A stretch of DNA of 63,510 bases, counting the filler, from Licmophora abbreviata (Eukaryota): NCBI GenBank assembly GCA_900291995.1. It is 15 parts of 15 records of this genome, joined end to end, with 100 filler letters (N's around TTAATTAATTAA, not from the genome) between each part and the next. Parts side by side here need not be neighbours in the genome. Positions count along the whole stretch, not along the records: positions 35,574 to 38,271 come from OLMU01004495.1; positions 38,372 to 41,650 come from OLMU01004496.1; positions 41,751 to 43,625 come from OLMU01004497.1; positions 43,726 to 47,680 come from OLMU01004498.1; positions 47,781 to 53,584 come from OLMU01004499.1; 10 more parts are not named here. One strand, written 5' to 3'. Positions 38,129 to 49,451 of this stretch are shown here, one piece after another. A program made the translations under genes and the position numbers. The notes under the pieces were generated by a model, which was given only the letters and a program-made list of their open reading frames with translations, made no database searches and had not been told where the DNA came from. Each line of letters begins with the position of its first letter. Within the stretch, counting starts at the first letter, position 1.

Positions 38129-38371
38129 GATGGAGGTGTTCAACAACACCATCTCCGTTCTGAAATCTACGAAAGGGATAAAAAATCAAAGGAAACCAGC
38201 ACGATGACATACAACAAAGCGTCTCCAAATCTCATAGTCTTCTTGTGTTTGATGAATGTTTCCGTTTGTACNNNNNNNNNNNNNNNNNNNNNNNNNNNNN
38301 NNNNNNNNNNNNNNNTTAATTAATTAANNNNNNNNNNNNNNNNNNNNNNNNNNNNNNNNNNNNNNNNNNNN

Positions 38372-38494
38372 CTTTTGGGCGTTCGAGACGGATTACGGCG
38401 CGTTTCAGGGCGATTACAACACGGTGAATGCGCTGGTCACGCTGGCGCATGATTGCCGGCGGCCCGAGCTGTTCCGGCCGCAGGTCTTTGCGGC
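38372..38494. repeat. 123-bp inverted copy of 39868-39990 at a contig start, likely an assembly artefact
   Basis: Exact reverse complement of an internal part of the transglycosylase gene. Confidence 0.85.
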
Positions 38495-38537
38495 TAGCAC
38501 CTTGAACCATCGCACCCATCCCGGAGACTGCGCCCCG

Positions 38538-39160
38538 ATGACCCTGCTGATCCGCCTTGTCGCGCTCCTGGCCCTGCCGTTGCTCGCCGCCTGTGCCGGG
38601 CATCCGGGCGGCCCGCCCCCGGCACGCCGCAGGACAAGGCGCGTCTCGAACAGGCCATTCTCGCCATGGGTCCCGGCATCGACCCCGCCGAGGCGACCCG
38701 CGCCGCGCAGATCGCCTATGACTACACCCATCAGCTTGCGCAAAGCTATCAGATCACCGATCCGCCCATCGTTCATAATACGAAGGTCAACATGGGTCTC
38801 AAGCCGCGCGGCCTGTGCTGGCACTGGGCCAAGGATATCGAAGAGCGGCTCAACCGCGAAAACTTCGCCACGCTCCAGATGCACCGCGCCATCGCCAATG
38901 CCGACAATATCCGCCTCGAGCATTCCACCGCCATCATCAGCCGCGCGGGCGACGGCATGTATGACGGCCTCGTTCTGGACCCGTGGCGCAAGGGGGGCGT
39001 GCTGTTCTGGGCGCGCCTGCCCGATGATACCCGCTACGACTGGTATCCCCGCAACGAGGTTCTGGCCGCCAAGCTGGGCCATGACCGCGCTCAGGCGCTT
39101 CTGGCGACCATCGGCGAAACCATCGACACGCCGCGCGTCCCCGCGCCCCCGATCAACTGA
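38538..39160 (+). CDS. Conserved hypothetical lipoprotein with an apparent frameshift near 38615-38620
   Basis: Lipobox LLAAC in one frame; conserved-looking body (HNTKVNMGLKPRGLCWHWA, EHS, LDPWR) in another; poly-C run at the switch. Confidence 0.65.
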
Positions 39161-39170
39161 CGCCTTTGGC

Positions 39171-40340
39171 CTAAAGCCGGTTCAGCAAGGCCCGTGTCGG
39201 CCAGGCATCGGCGGGCAGGCCCAGCTCCTGCTGGACATCCTGCACCGCGGCGCGTGTGCCCGCGCCCAGGATCCCGTCGATCCCGCCCACATCATACCCG
39301 CGCGCCGCCAGCTTGCGCTGCAGCTCTTTCATCGCGTCCCCCGACAGCCCTTGCTCCGGATTGCCCGCCTCGAACACCGGCGCGCCCTGCAGCCGGTTGG
39401 CGAAATAGGCGGCGGTCATCACATAGACAAAGCTCTGGTTCCACTCGAAATAGACGCGGAAATTCGGATAGGCCAGAAAGGCCGGACCGCCGCGCCCCTG
39501 TGGCAGCAACAGGCTCGCCTGCAGTCCCCCCGCAATCTCGCCATGCCTCGGGCGCACCCCCATCGCCGCCCAGTCGGCCCCCGGCTTTTGCGTGCGCAGC
39601 CCGCTCTTTGACCAATCCAGATCGCCCGGCACCGTCACCTCCTGCAACCACGGCTCATCAGGCCGCCAGCCAAGCGCGCTCAGCATCCGTGCCCCCGACA
39701 ACAGCGCATCGGCGGGCGAGCTGGTCAGGCTCACATGCCCGTCGCCATCCCCGTCCGAGCCGTGCTCGATGATGTCGCGCGGCAGCATCTGCACCATGCC
39801 GATCTCACCGGCCCAGGCCCCCGTGGTGGTCGCCGGGTCCAGATCGCCGTTCTCATAAAGCTCCAGCGCCGCAAAGACCTGCGGCCGGAACAGCTCGGGC
39901 CGCCGGCAATCATGCGCCAGCGTGACCAGCGCATTCACCGTGTTGTAATCGCCCTGAAACGCGCCGTAATCCGTCTCGAACGCCCAAAAGGCCAAAAGCA
40001 CACCCCGGTCGATCCCGTAATCGCGCTCGATCCTGTCGAAGATCGCATCATGCCGCTGCGCCAGATCGCGACCCTTGGTCATGCGGTTCTGACTGATCAG
40101 CCGGCGGGCGAAATCGGTGAAGGGCATCTGGAACACGCCCTGCCTCCGGTCCGCCTGAAGAACCGCAGGATCCTGCCGGACCCCGGCAAAGAACCTCTCG
40201 ACCGTGGCGGGCGCATGGCCCCGCGCCACCGCCTCTTGCTTCATCGCTCCGACAAAATCGGCAAAACTGCCGCCGCAGTCCTGGGCGCGCAGCGGCGCGG
40301 CACTCAGGGCCAAAACACAGATCAGGGGCAAGATACGCAT
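39171..40340 (-). CDS. Lytic murein transglycosylase (MltB/Slt35 family) with peptidoglycan-binding domain
   Basis: AFWAFETDYG, GAWAGEIGMVQ, DGDGDG EF-hand, DGILGAGTRAAV. Confidence 0.9.
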   Translation of the reverse strand: MRILPLICVLALSAAPLRAQDCGGSFADFVGAMKQEAVARGHAPATVERFFAGVRQDPAVLQADRRQGVFQMPFTDFARRLISQNRMTKGRDLAQRHDAIFDRIERDYGIDRGVLLAFWAFETDYGAFQGDYNTVNALVTLAHDCRRPELFRPQVFAALELYENGDLDPATTTGAWAGEIGMVQMLPRDIIEHGSDGDGDGHVSLTSSPADALLSGARMLSALGWRPDEPWLQEVTVPGDLDWSKSGLRTQKPGADWAAMGVRPRHGEIAGGLQASLLLPQGRGGPAFLAYPNFRVYFEWNQSFVYVMTAAYFANRLQGAPVFEAGNPEQGLSGDAMKELQRKLAARGYDVGGIDGILGAGTRAAVQDVQQELGLPADAWPTRALLNRL

Positions 40341-40431
40341 GGCAGGACTTTCCTTTAACCGACACGGCACACCCTAAGCCAACCGGATACGCCCGCAAAC
40401 ACTCGAGAACATCACAAAACCGACAGGCCAC

Positions 40432-41358
40432 TCAGCCCGCGATCACCCCGATCACCACAACCAGCGCCAGCGCCGCCGCCCATGTCCGCCACAGCGCAGC
40501 ACAGGCCGCCTCGATACTCGGCGCGCCGATCTCTTTCTCACCAAACCCGTGCACATAGTCGAAATGCTGCAACCGCCCGTCATAGGATCGCGGCCCCGAC
40601 AGCGCCACATCGAGCGCGCGCGCCATCGCCGCCTCGGGCCAGCCTGCATTGGGCGAGCGGTGCTTTCGCGCATCCGCCGCAATCCCGCGCCAGTCTGCCC
40701 GCACGCCCGTTAGCCCGCCATGCGTCACCGCGATCAGCGCCGTGGTCAACCGCGCCGGGATCACGTTCAGCACATCGTCCAGCCGGGCCGCCGCCCAGCC
40801 GAACGCCTCGTGGCGCGGCGTGCGATAGCCGATCATCGAATCGGCGGTGTTGGTGATCTTGTACAAAAGCAGCCCCGGCAGGCCCGCCACCAGAAACCAG
40901 AAGGCCGGGGCGATCACCCCGTCGCTCAGGTTCTCGGCCGCCGATTCGATGGCCGCTCGGGCCACGTCGGCCTCTTGCATGTCGGCAGTGTCGCGCCCCA
41001 CGATCATCGCCACCGCGCGCTTGCCCTCGCCCAGCGACAGCCGCAGCCCATCGGCCACCGCGCGCACATGATCCACCAGCGATCTTTGCGCCAGCAGCAC
41101 CGCCGCCACCAGCACCTCCACCGGCCAGCCCGCCAGCCCCAGCACCCAGCCCAGCACGATGGCACCGCCCGCAAGCGTTGCCATCGCCGCGATGCCCTTG
41201 GCGCGACGCGCAGGCCCTGCATTCCAACGCGAATCCAGCCAGCCCACCGCGCGCCCCATCAGGACCGCCGGATGCGGCGCCCGCTCCCACAGCCAGCGCG
41301 GCTCACCGAATGCCGCATCCAGAACCATGGCCATCGCCAGCAACAGTGCCGTGCTCAT
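40432..41358 (-). CDS. cobD: Adenosylcobinamide-phosphate synthase CbiB/CobD
   Basis: GEP...[35 protein letters not shown]. Confidence 0.93.
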   Translation of the reverse strand: MSTALLLAMAMVLDAAFGEPRWLWERAPHPAVLMGRAVGWLDSRWNAGPARRAKGIAAMATLAGGAIVLGWVLGLAGWPVEVLVAAVLLAQRSLVDHVRAVADGLRLSLGEGKRAVAMIVGRDTADMQEADVARAAIESAAENLSDGVIAPAFWFLVAGLPGLLLYKITNTADSMIGYRTPRHEAFGWAAARLDDVLNVIPARLTTALIAVTHGGLTGVRADWRGIAADARKHRSPNAGWPEAAMARALDVALSGPRSYDGRLQHFDYVHGFGEKEIGAPSIEAACAALWRTWAAALALVVVIGVIAG

Positions 41359-42365
41359 AGCGCCGCCTCCAGCTGGGTCCATTGGTCCGGTCCGGGCAGC
41401 CCGAGGCGCAGCCAGGTGTCGGAATAGGGAAACACCCGGCTCCAGATGTGATGCCCGGCCAGCCGCTCCTGCCAGCCGGCGGCATCGCCCACATCATAGA
41501 GCCGAAAGAGCGCGCAGCCGCCGACAAGCTCCGCCCCGCCCCCCGTCACCAGCCGATCCAGACGCGCCGCATCCTCGGGTCAGGCGGGCGCGCGTCTGAT
41601 CCGCCCAGACCCTGTCGCACAGCGCCGCGCGCCCGATCCGCAGCGCCGGGNNNNNNNNNNNNNNNNNNNNNNNNNNNNNNNNNNNNNNNNNNNNTTAATT
41701 AATTAANNNNNNNNNNNNNNNNNNNNNNNNNNNNNNNNNNNNNNNNNNNNCCGGGCGATCAGCTCGGGGTCGCCAATCGCGAAACCCAGCCTCAGCCCAG
41801 CCAGACCCCAGAACTTGCCAAAGCTTTTCAGCACGATGACACCGCGCTTTGCCGCATGGCCGATCAGCGACCGGTCGGGTGCGATATCGGCAAAACTTTC
41901 ATCCACCACCATCAGCCCCGCCTGCAGGCTTGCCGCGTCATGCCAAAGCCCGGTGGGATTGTTGGGATGCACGATCACCCGTGCCTGTGCTGCCGACCCA
42001 TCGGTTTCGGTCACCTCCCAGCCATGCGCGGCAAAACCGGCGGCATGTTCGTTATAGGTCGGTCCCGGAACATGCACCCGCCCCGCAGCCATCAACCCCG
42101 GCAGCCGCGCAATCAGCGCCGAGGCGCCGGGTGCGGCCAGCACAGCCGCCCCGTCGGGCACATCCCAGAAATCACGCGCCGCCGCGATCAGCGCCTCCTG
42201 CGCGCCCCGGTCGGGCAGGGCGGTCCAGGCCTCGTTCGGCAGATCGGGCAGCGGATAGGGCACCGGGTTGATCCCCGTCGAGAGATCGATCCAAGCCTCC
42301 CGCCTGCCGCCATGGCGCGCCACGGCCGCATCCAGACCTCCGCCATGATCGCGCGGGGCCGTCAC
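41355..42365 (-). CDS. cobC: Threonine-phosphate decarboxylase (CobC in aerobic-pathway naming), split by the spacer
   Basis: [41 protein letters not shown]-terminus WLRLGLP overlaps the cobD start. Confidence 0.88.
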
Positions 42366-42370
42366 GCCGG

Positions 42371-42745
42371 TCAGTCTCCGGTGTGCGGCAGCGGCGGGTG
42401 GCGGGTCACGAAATGGCCCTTCACACCTTGGGGCCATTGCTTGAACGGCACCTGCCCGGTTTCGCTTTGCGCGTGCAACTCGGCATAATCGACGATCGCC
42501 GCCGCGGCCGCGTCATCCGGGGTGAAGCGGCCCAGCGTATAGGCCAGCTTGCCCTCGGCCTGAACAGCCACGTTGCAGCCATGCCCGCAGCCCATCAGGC
42601 ACGACACCCGCCGGGTCCTTACATTGCGCCCCTCGGCGTGGCGCTCGACCCGCTCGGCCAGGTCTTCGCCATGACTGCGCGAGTGTGTCGCCTCGTCCCA
42701 ATCGTCGCGCTTGCAGGTGTCGCAGATCGTGATCCAGGTGGTCAT
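42371..42745 (-). CDS. DUF1636 family metal-binding protein (cob-associated)
   Basis: CDTC...CLMGC...C motifs; located directly upstream of cobC. Confidence 0.8.
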   Translation of the reverse strand: MTTWITICDTCKRDDWDEATHSRSHGEDLAERVERHAEGRNVRTRRVSCLMGCGHGCNVAVQAEGKLAYTLGRFTPDDAAAAAIVDYAELHAQSETGQVPFKQWPQGVKGHFVTRHPPLPHTGD

Positions 42746-42840
42746 GTCATGCCTCTTTTGCGGTTCGGTGCCTTTCAAACCCGGATTCGGGCGCGGTGAC
42801 AAGCGGGGTTTGGCCTGTACCGGGATCCTCCACGCCCGCG

Positions 42841-42855
42841 TTAACGATTTGTTAA
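42841..42855. promoter_or_regulatory. CtrA binding site (TTAA-N7-TTAA)
   Basis: TTAACGATTTGTTAA, a perfect match, 60 bp upstream of a response regulator in otherwise GC-rich DNA. Confidence 0.7.
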
Positions 42856-42915
42856 TACTTTGGGCAAGACAAGAGGGGGACCGCGTCGCACAAACTGGCG
42901 GGGCAGGGGGAAAGA

Positions 42916-43278
42916 ATGCAAGTTCTGATCGTCGAAAGCGATCCGGCGCTCGGCGCGCTCTGGCAGCGCCATATGCAACGGCAAGGCATGGCCGTGCGCG
43001 TTGAAACCAGCCAGTCAGGTGCCGCATCGGCGCTTGGCGCGCGGCGCTTCGATGTCATCATCCTCGATCTGATGCTGGATCAGGGCAGCGCGCTCGCGGT
43101 GTCTGACCTGGCCAGCTACCGCCATCCCGACACGCGGGTGATCTTCGTCACCAACAGCGCCTTTTTCTCGGATGGCTCGATCTTTGCGATCAGCAAGAAC
43201 GCCTGCGCCTTCCTGCAATCCGACACCCCGCCCGAAGATCTGACGGCGATGGTCGAACATTACGGGCGTTTTGCCTGA
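42916..43278 (+). CDS. Single-domain response regulator (receiver only)
   Basis: VLIVESD, DVIILDLML, VIFVT; lacks the canonical Lys-Pro motif. Confidence 0.85.
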   Translation: MQVLIVESDPALGALWQRHMQRQGMAVRVETSQSGAASALGARRFDVIILDLMLDQGSALAVSDLASYRHPDTRVIFVTNSAFFSDGSIFAISKNACAFLQSDTPPEDLTAMVEHYGRFA

Positions 43279-43304
43279 GCCTTGCCTTGCCGCGTCGCGC
43301 TGTC

Positions 43305-44187
43305 TCAGCCCGCTTTCGTCACGATCTCCGAATGGCGCTCCAGCGTGCGATGCACCGGGCAACGATCCGCGATCTCGAGCAGCCTTTCGCGTTGCGCGTC
43401 ATCCAGATCACCCTTCAGACGCACCACCCTCGTGAACCGGTCCGCCTTGGCCTCGCTGCGGGTATTGGCATCCTGCGCATGCACCTTGTCATGGCTCACA
43501 TCGACGCTCACATGCTTCAGGGGCCAGCCCTTGCGCCGCGCATACATCCGGATCGTCATCGACGTGCAGGCCCCAAGCCCCGCCGCCAGAAACCCATAGG
43601 GCGACATGCCCTGGTCGGTGCCGCCNNNNNNNNNNNNNNNNNNNNNNNNNNNNNNNNNNNNNNNNNNNNTTAATTAATTAANNNNNNNNNNNNNNNNNNN
43701 NNNNNNNNNNNNNNNNNNNNNNNNNGCCCTCGCTGTCGATCTGCTCCAGCGCATCATGGAAGTTATGCATCACATGGCCCGGATCATAGGGCGCGCCGAT
43801 GGTGACCACCGCCGTGACACTGTCGATCCGCCGGGCCGCCGCCAGAACGGCGGCCCCGCCAAGCGAATGCCCGATCAGCAGCCCCGGCGCCATGCCGCGC
43901 GCCGCCAGCGCCTTGGCGGCCAGCTCCAGATCGGTGATGTTCGAGGTGAAAGAGGTATTGGCGAATTCGCCCTGCGAATGGCCGAGGCCCGTGAAATCGA
44001 AGCGCAGAACGGCGATCCCTGCCCCTGCCAGACGCGCCGCGATCCGGCGCGCGGCGGGAATGTCCTTGGAACAGGTGAAGCAATGCGCCAGCACAGCGGT
44101 CGCCAGATGCGGCCCTTCCGGCAGGTCGAGCCGCGCGGCCAAAGCCTCGCCGGAATGGCCGGTGAAGGTGAAACGCTCGGTCGGCAT
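43305..44187 (-). CDS. Bifunctional alpha/beta hydrolase / OsmC family protein, split by the spacer
   Basis: N-terminal AHCFTCSKD and GHSLGG; C-terminal LGACTSMT and IADRCPVHRTL. Confidence 0.88.
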
Positions 44188-44453
44188 GGCGCGTCCTTTC
44201 GTGCTTTGTCACCCTCAACCTAGGTCCTGCCATCGCCCGCTGCCAGCCATGTGACGGATCCGTCACGCAGTGGTGAAGTCCCGGCTCGCCCACATGGGCA
44301 CGTCTTCGTCGCCTGAGATGGGCGCGTCTTCGGCGCGCGCGGCGGCACGCACGGCGCCGCGTGATGCGCCGCGGCCGCGCAGCCCCTTGCCGACCCTGCC
44401 GGATCGTCGCGGCGATCCGGGGCGCGGGTGCCAAGCGGTTTCGCGAAGGGGCA

Positions 44454-44507
44454 TTGTCACAGGAATTTGTCCAAACCGTCACATGACGGTCGACATGGCC
44501 CTGTCAT
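44454..44507 (+). promoter_or_regulatory. Pho-box-like half sites upstream of the phosphodiesterase gene
   Basis: TTGTCAC (44454), CCGTCAC (44476) and CTGTCAT (44501); spacing imperfect. Confidence 0.4.
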
Positions 44508-44546
44508 GTGAAACCCCATGGATCAACACCACTCGGAGAGAATTTC

Positions 44547-45764
44547 ATGCGCTTGATATCCGCCACGTCCACCGCCATGGCCCTTGCCCTTTGCGCCAGC
44601 GCCGAGCTCGCCGCTGACGGCCTTGTTTATGGGCCGCGTCCCGCCTATCTGATCGACCGGATGGCCGATGGCCCGCTCAAGGACAAGCTCGCGTCCTGCA
44701 TGGGGCAGACGCCCGAGCGTTCGGAGTTTTCCATCGGTCATCGCGGTGCGCCGCTCATGTTTCCCGAACACACCGTCGAATCCAATCGCGCCGCCGCGCG
44801 CATGGGGGCGGGCATCCTTGAATGCGATGTGACCTTCACCGCCGATCATGAACTGGTCTGCCGCCATGCGCAGAACGATCTGCACACGACGACCGATATC
44901 CTCGCCTCGGATCTGGCCCAGACCTGCATCACACCCTTCACGCCGGCGCAGGGCGACACACCGGCCACTGCCGAATGCCGCACGTCCGAGATCACGCTGG
45001 CGCAATTCCGCACGCTGACCGGCAAGATGGACGCCGCCGATACCAGCGCCACCACGGTCGAGGGCTACATGGACGGCACCGCCAAATGGCGCACCGATCT
45101 TTACACGACCGAAGGCGGCACGCTGATGACCCATGCCGAATCGATCGCGCTTTTCAAGGCGCTCGGCGCGAAATTCACGCCCGAGCTGAAATCCCCGTCG
45201 GTCGAGATGCCGCATAACGGCTTCAGCCAGGCCGATTATGCCCAGAAGCTGATCGACGAATACAAGGCCGCGGGCATCCCCGCCGCCGATGTCTGGCCGC
45301 AAAGCTTCAACCTCGACGATGTGCTCTACTGGATCGAGAACGAGCCCGAGTTCGGCGCGCAGGCGGTCTATCTGGACGGGCGCTATGATGTGGAAGGCTT
45401 CGATTACATGGATCCCGCCACGTTCGAGCCCTCCATGCAGGCGCTGGCCGATATGGGCGTTGTCTATATCGCGCCGCCGATGTGGATGCTGCTCACCACG
45501 CAAGCGGGCGAGATGGTGCCATCGCCCTATGCGCTGGCGGCGCAAGATGCGGGTCTGAAGCTGATCACCTGGACGCTGGAACGCTCGGGGCCGCTCACAT
45601 CGGGGGGCGGGTGGTATTTCCAGTCGGTCAAGGACGTGACCGACACGGATGGCGATTATTTCACGATCCTGCACGCCCTGCATGACAAGGTCGGCGTCGA
45701 GGGTGTGTTCAGCGACTGGCCCGCCACGACGACATATTACGCCAATTGCTTCGGTCTGGACTGA
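44547..45764 (+). CDS. Periplasmic glycerophosphodiester phosphodiesterase
   Basis: Signal peptide; IGHRGA, PEHT, ECDV, CRH, PELK, QSF, FSDWP. Confidence 0.9.
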   Translation: MRLISATSTAMALALCASAELAADGLVYGPRPAYLIDRMADGPLKDKLASCMGQTPERSEFSIGHRGAPLMFPEHTVESNRAAARMGAGILECDVTFTADHELVCRHAQNDLHTTTDILASDLAQTCITPFTPAQGDTPATAECRTSEITLAQFRTLTGKMDAADTSATTVEGYMDGTAKWRTDLYTTEGGTLMTHAESIALFKALGAKFTPELKSPSVEMPHNGFSQADYAQKLIDEYKAAGIPAADVWPQSFNLDDVLYWIENEPEFGAQAVYLDGRYDVEGFDYMDPATFEPSMQALADMGVVYIAPPMWMLLTTQAGEMVPSPYALAAQDAGLKLITWTLERSGPLTSGGGWYFQSVKDVTDTDGDYFTILHALHDKVGVEGVFSDWPATTTYYANCFGLD

Positions 45765-45823
45765 CCGCAGCGGTCGGCTCAGCGGTGCGCGCGCCACAGG
45801 CGCGCGCGCTGTTTTCATGATCA

Positions 45824-45900
45824 GGGGGCTCTGCCCCGCCGGCGAAATCCCGAGGGTGATTTCACCGCGCCCCCCGGGATATTTCCGGCCAGAAGAAGCG
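45824..45900. repeat. REP-like intergenic palindromic element
   Basis: GGGGGCTCTGCCCC hairpin, and a GGGATATTT..GCCAGAAGAA motif shared with the element at 60311-60502. Confidence 0.55.
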
Positions 45901-45906
45901 CCGGCA

Positions 45907-46146
45907 TCACAAAAGCCCATCCCGAAGCATCCGGAATTCGCGCATTCGTTCCGCATGGCGCTGTTCGAGAAAGATTTCGCGGTTTTGGTCGACGGATTCG
46001 AGCGCTTCGAGATCCTTCATCCGCACCAGCGCCGCGACGCTGCGCCCATGGCGCGTCAGGATCAGCCGTTCGCCGGTGGCCAGCAGATGATCGACATGCG
46101 CCGAAAGCTGGCTGCGCAGCTTGTCGCTGGAAACTTCGATGACCAT
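45907..46146 (-). CDS. Phd/YefM family antitoxin-like protein (orphan)
   Basis: KLRSQLS...GERLILTRHGRSVAALV pattern. Confidence 0.75.
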   Translation of the reverse strand: MVIEVSSDKLRSQLSAHVDHLLATGERLILTRHGRSVAALVRMKDLEALESVDQNREIFLEQRHAERMREFRMLRDGLL

Positions 46147-46321
46147 GGCGTGACCTCCGGGTGTCGGGAAAGGTCAGGTTGGGTCAAAAAGGTTAGGATT
46201 GTCTGAAGGCGGCGCACGGCGGGGCTGGATCGGCGACTTGCGTACGGGATGGACACAAATCCGGGCCGAGGCGCCGGATTTGGTCCCAATGCCGTGTCGG
46301 TTTCGTACGACCCGTACGGGC

Positions 46322-47356
46322 TCAGGCGCCGCGCACCGTGTCGATCATAAGCTGCACGTTGTCGGGGTCGGCCTCGGGGGTGATGCCATGGCCCAGATTG
46401 AAGATATGCGGCCCGCCCCGGAGCGCCTCGACGATGCGGCGGGTCTCGCGCACAAGGTCGTCACCTCCCGTCACCATATGTTTCGACGCCAGGTTGCCCT
46501 GCACGCAGCCCGAGACCTGCACATGTTCGGCGGCCCATTCCGGGGTGACCGAATCATCGAGTGCGACACAGTCGGCGCCGGTTTTCTCGTGGAATCCGAT
46601 ATACTTGTCGCCGGCTTCGCGCGGAAAGGCGATGATCGGGATATCGCCATGACGCGCCTTGAGTTCGGCGATGATGCGTTTGGCGGGGGCGGTCGCATAG
46701 GTATCGAAATCTTCACCCTTGAGCGATCCCGCCCAGCTGTCGAAGAGCTTGACGCACTCGGCGCCAGCCTCGATCTGGGCCGAGAGATATTCGATCGTGG
46801 CCTCGGTGATCCGCTCCAGCAGGGCCTCGAAAACCGCTTTGTTTTCAGCCTTGAGCGCATGGGCCGGGCCTTGATTCGGGGTGCCGCGCCCGGCGATCAT
46901 GTAGGTGGCCACCGTCCAGGGCGCGCCGGCGAATCCGATGAGTGTGGTTTCGGGCGGAAGCGCCTGCGACAGATTGCGCACGGTCTGGTAAACCGGATTA
47001 AGGGTTTCGTGGATGTCGCTGGCCGGTTTCAGAGCGTTCAACCCGGCTTGATCGGTGATCGTCGACAGGCGCGGACCTTCGCCGGTCACGAACCAAAGAT
47101 CGGCGCCAAGCGCTTGTGGAACCAGCAGGATATCGGCAAAGAGGATGGCTGCGTCAAACCCGTAGCGGCGGATCGGCTGAAGCGTGACTTCGGTTGCCAA
47201 GTCACTGTTATAACACAAGGAAAGGAAATCTCCGGCCTCGGCCCGAGTGGCGCGATATTCCGGCAGGTAGCGGCCTGCCTGGCGCATCATCCAGATTGGA
47301 GGGGTGGTCTGTTTTTCCCCTGCAAGTGCCTTGAGTATCGTCTTTTCCACAGCCAT
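46322..47356 (-). CDS. hemE: Uroporphyrinogen decarboxylase
   Basis: [34 protein letters not shown]. Confidence 0.97.
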   Translation of the reverse strand: MAVEKTILKALAGEKQTTPPIWMMRQAGRYLPEYRATRAEAGDFLSLCYNSDLATEVTLQPIRRYGFDAAILFADILLVPQALGADLWFVTGEGPRLSTITDQAGLNALKPASDIHETLNPVYQTVRNLSQALPPETTLIGFAGAPWTVATYMIAGRGTPNQGPAHALKAENKAVFEALLERITEATIEYLSAQIEAGAECVKLFDSWAGSLKGEDFDTYATAPAKRIIAELKARHGDIPIIAFPREAGDKYIGFHEKTGADCVALDDSVTPEWAAEHVQVSGCVQGNLASKHMVTGGDDLVRETRRIVEALRGGPHIFNLGHGITPEADPDNVQLMIDTVRGA

Positions 47357-47442
47357 GTCGCCCTCCGTTTGCCTTGGTGGTCACCCCAAGGCGACACAAT
47401 GTCAAGCACCCTGCGCTTGTCAGGCGCGGTTTACACGTCTAG

Positions 47443-47680
<238 letters not shown>

Positions 47681-47869
47681 NNNNNNNNNNNNNNNNNNNN
47701 NNNNNNNNNNNNNNNNNNNNNNNNTTAATTAATTAANNNNNNNNNNNNNNNNNNNNNNNNNNNNNNNNNNNNNNNNNNNNAGCGTTTCGCGCAAAATCTG
47801 ACGCTCGGTCTTTCGCGAAACGCTGTGCTGCATCCGATCGTGAGGCGCGTTCCATCTTGCGCCGATATC

Positions 47870-49324
47870 TCAGGTTGAAGGCGGAACGCTTTGGTCCCCG
47901 GCGGGAAGCACCTTGCCGGGGTTCATGATGCCCTTGGGGTCCAGCGCCTGCTTGATCGACCGCATCGCCATCAGCGCCACAGGATCCTTGTAGCGGGCCA
48001 TCGAAGGGCGTTTCGCCAGCCCGATGCCATGTTCGGCGGATATGCTGCCGCCGAGCCGGATCGCCTCGGCGTCGACCGCTTCCTTGACGGCCTTCTGCAC
48101 GCCTGGGTCCTCGGTCGAGGGCCAGCCTGCGAAATGCAGATTGCCATCTCCCAGATGCGCCACACAGATCGGGCGCAGGCCGGGATCGATCTCAAGCGCG
48201 CGGGCGGTCACCCCTTCGACCAGCGCCTGCATCTTGTCCAGCGGCACGGCGATGTCATTGTCCACCACATTTGGCCGCAGCCGTGCCACACTGGCCGAGG
48301 CTTCGCGCCGCGCCCACATTTCCTGACGCTGCGTATCCGATTGCGCCACGACCGCATCAAGCAGTTTGCCCTCCTCGAACAGCCCCTCCAGAACCTCCTC
48401 CAGATGGGCTGCGACAGGCACCTTGCCATCCGGGCCGGGGGTGGCGTCGCGCGGCGACAGCGCGCCAACCTCGACCAGAATATTGACGTCATGCGGCGTA
48501 TCGAAGGGTGCGCGCGCCTCGGGATAGCGTTCCAGATATGCTTCGATGAAGGTGCCGGGCATGAATTCGAAGGCCTCCACCGCGCCGCCTGTTTCACGCT
48601 GAAGCCGGTTGAGTAGCGCCAGCCCGTCATTCAGCGACGGCACCGCGACCATCGCCGTAGCATAGGCCAGCGGCTTGGGATGCAGCTTGAGCACGGCGGC
48701 GGTGATGATCCCCAACGTGCCTTCCGCGCCGATCAGCAGATCGCGCAGGTCATAGCCCGAATTGTCCTTGTGCAATTCGCTCATCAGATCGACAATCTCG
48801 CCGGTGGGCAGCACCGCCTCGATCCCGAGGCACAGATGCCGCGCGCTGCCATAGCGCACCACGTTCGAGCCGCCCGCATTGGTCGAGAGCGCGCCGCCGA
48901 TCATCGCCGAGCCGCGCGCGCCGAAAAACAGCGGAAAGATCAGCCCCTCCTGCTCGGCGGCGTCATGGATGCGCGACAGGATCGCGCCTGCCTCTACGAT
49001 GGCGATCCCGGCATCGGCGCGCAACTCACGGATGGCGGACATCCGGTCCAGAGACAGCATGATCACATCTTGGGCCACGGTGCCTTGCACCAGACCCGTA
49101 TTGCCCGAGACCGGCACGATGGGGGTTCCCGTGCGGTTGGCGAGCTTGACGATGTCCGAGACCTGCTGCGTGTCGGCAGGACGCACCACTGCAAGCGGCG
49201 TCCATTGGGCCTGTCCTGTCCATTCCTGGCTCCAGGGGGCGGCATCCGGGCCGGTCGCGACATGGCCCGCGCCAACGATCTCGATCAAGTCCCGGAGAAT
49301 ATGTGAGGATGTCGTTTCGGTCAT
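47870..49324 (-). CDS. FAD-binding oxidoreductase (D-lactate/D-2-hydroxyacid dehydrogenase family)
   Basis: GNTGL, TNAGG, KDNSGYDL, GAEGTLGI, HLGDGNLH, SAEHGIG, MNPGK. Confidence 0.9.
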   Translation of the reverse strand: MTETTSSHILRDLIEIVGAGHVATGPDAAPWSQEWTGQAQWTPLAVVRPADTQQVSDIVKLANRTGTPIVPVSGNTGLVQGTVAQDVIMLSLDRMSAIRELRADAGIAIVEAGAILSRIHDAAEQEGLIFPLFFGARGSAMIGGALSTNAGGSNVVRYGSARHLCLGIEAVLPTGEIVDLMSELHKDNSGYDLRDLLIGAEGTLGIITAAVLKLHPKPLAYATAMVAVPSLNDGLALLNRLQRETGGAVEAFEFMPGTFIEAYLERYPEARAPFDTPHDVNILVEVGALSPRDATPGPDGKVPVAAHLEEVLEGLFEEGKLLDAVVAQSDTQRQEMWARREASASVARLRPNVVDNDIAVPLDKMQALVEGVTARALEIDPGLRPICVAHLGDGNLHFAGWPSTEDPGVQKAVKEAVDAEAIRLGGSISAEHGIGLAKRPSMARYKDPVALMAMRSIKQALDPKGIMNPGKVLPAGDQSVPPST

Positions 49325-49451
49325 GTCGGCGAAGATGCGCCAGCCCCGGGATGGATACAAGGCCTCATCACCGGCGCATCTGGACCTTGCCGCAACCGAG
49401 CCTAAATTAAATTGTACACATGTCGCCACGGAGTTTGATGGAATGTCGAAT

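Noticed and set aside
38372..38494. Inverted duplication as an invertible segment or antisense RNA
   Set aside because: It is an exact copy at a contig end, most simply a chimeric read or misassembly.
38600..38630. Programmed frameshift or phase variation in the lipoprotein gene (and near 22680 in the kinesin gene)
   Set aside because: Both fall at short C runs near contig ends, so sequencing error is more likely; raw reads are needed to decide.
38272..42745. Horizontal transfer of bacterial cob genes into the alga
   Set aside because: The junction is an artificial spacer, and the bacterial contigs keep operon structure, high GC and no introns.
42750..42840. Cobalamin riboswitch upstream of DUF1636-cobC
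   Set aside because: The region is short and I could not find the B12-box or GGGAA/GCCCCCGC core motifs.
44523..45956. Long antisense or alternative-frame ORFs in the GC-rich part (also 46199-47455, 61928-62977, and 6446-7294 in the algal part)
   Set aside because: They are shadow ORFs of well-supported genes, caused by GC bias or repeats.
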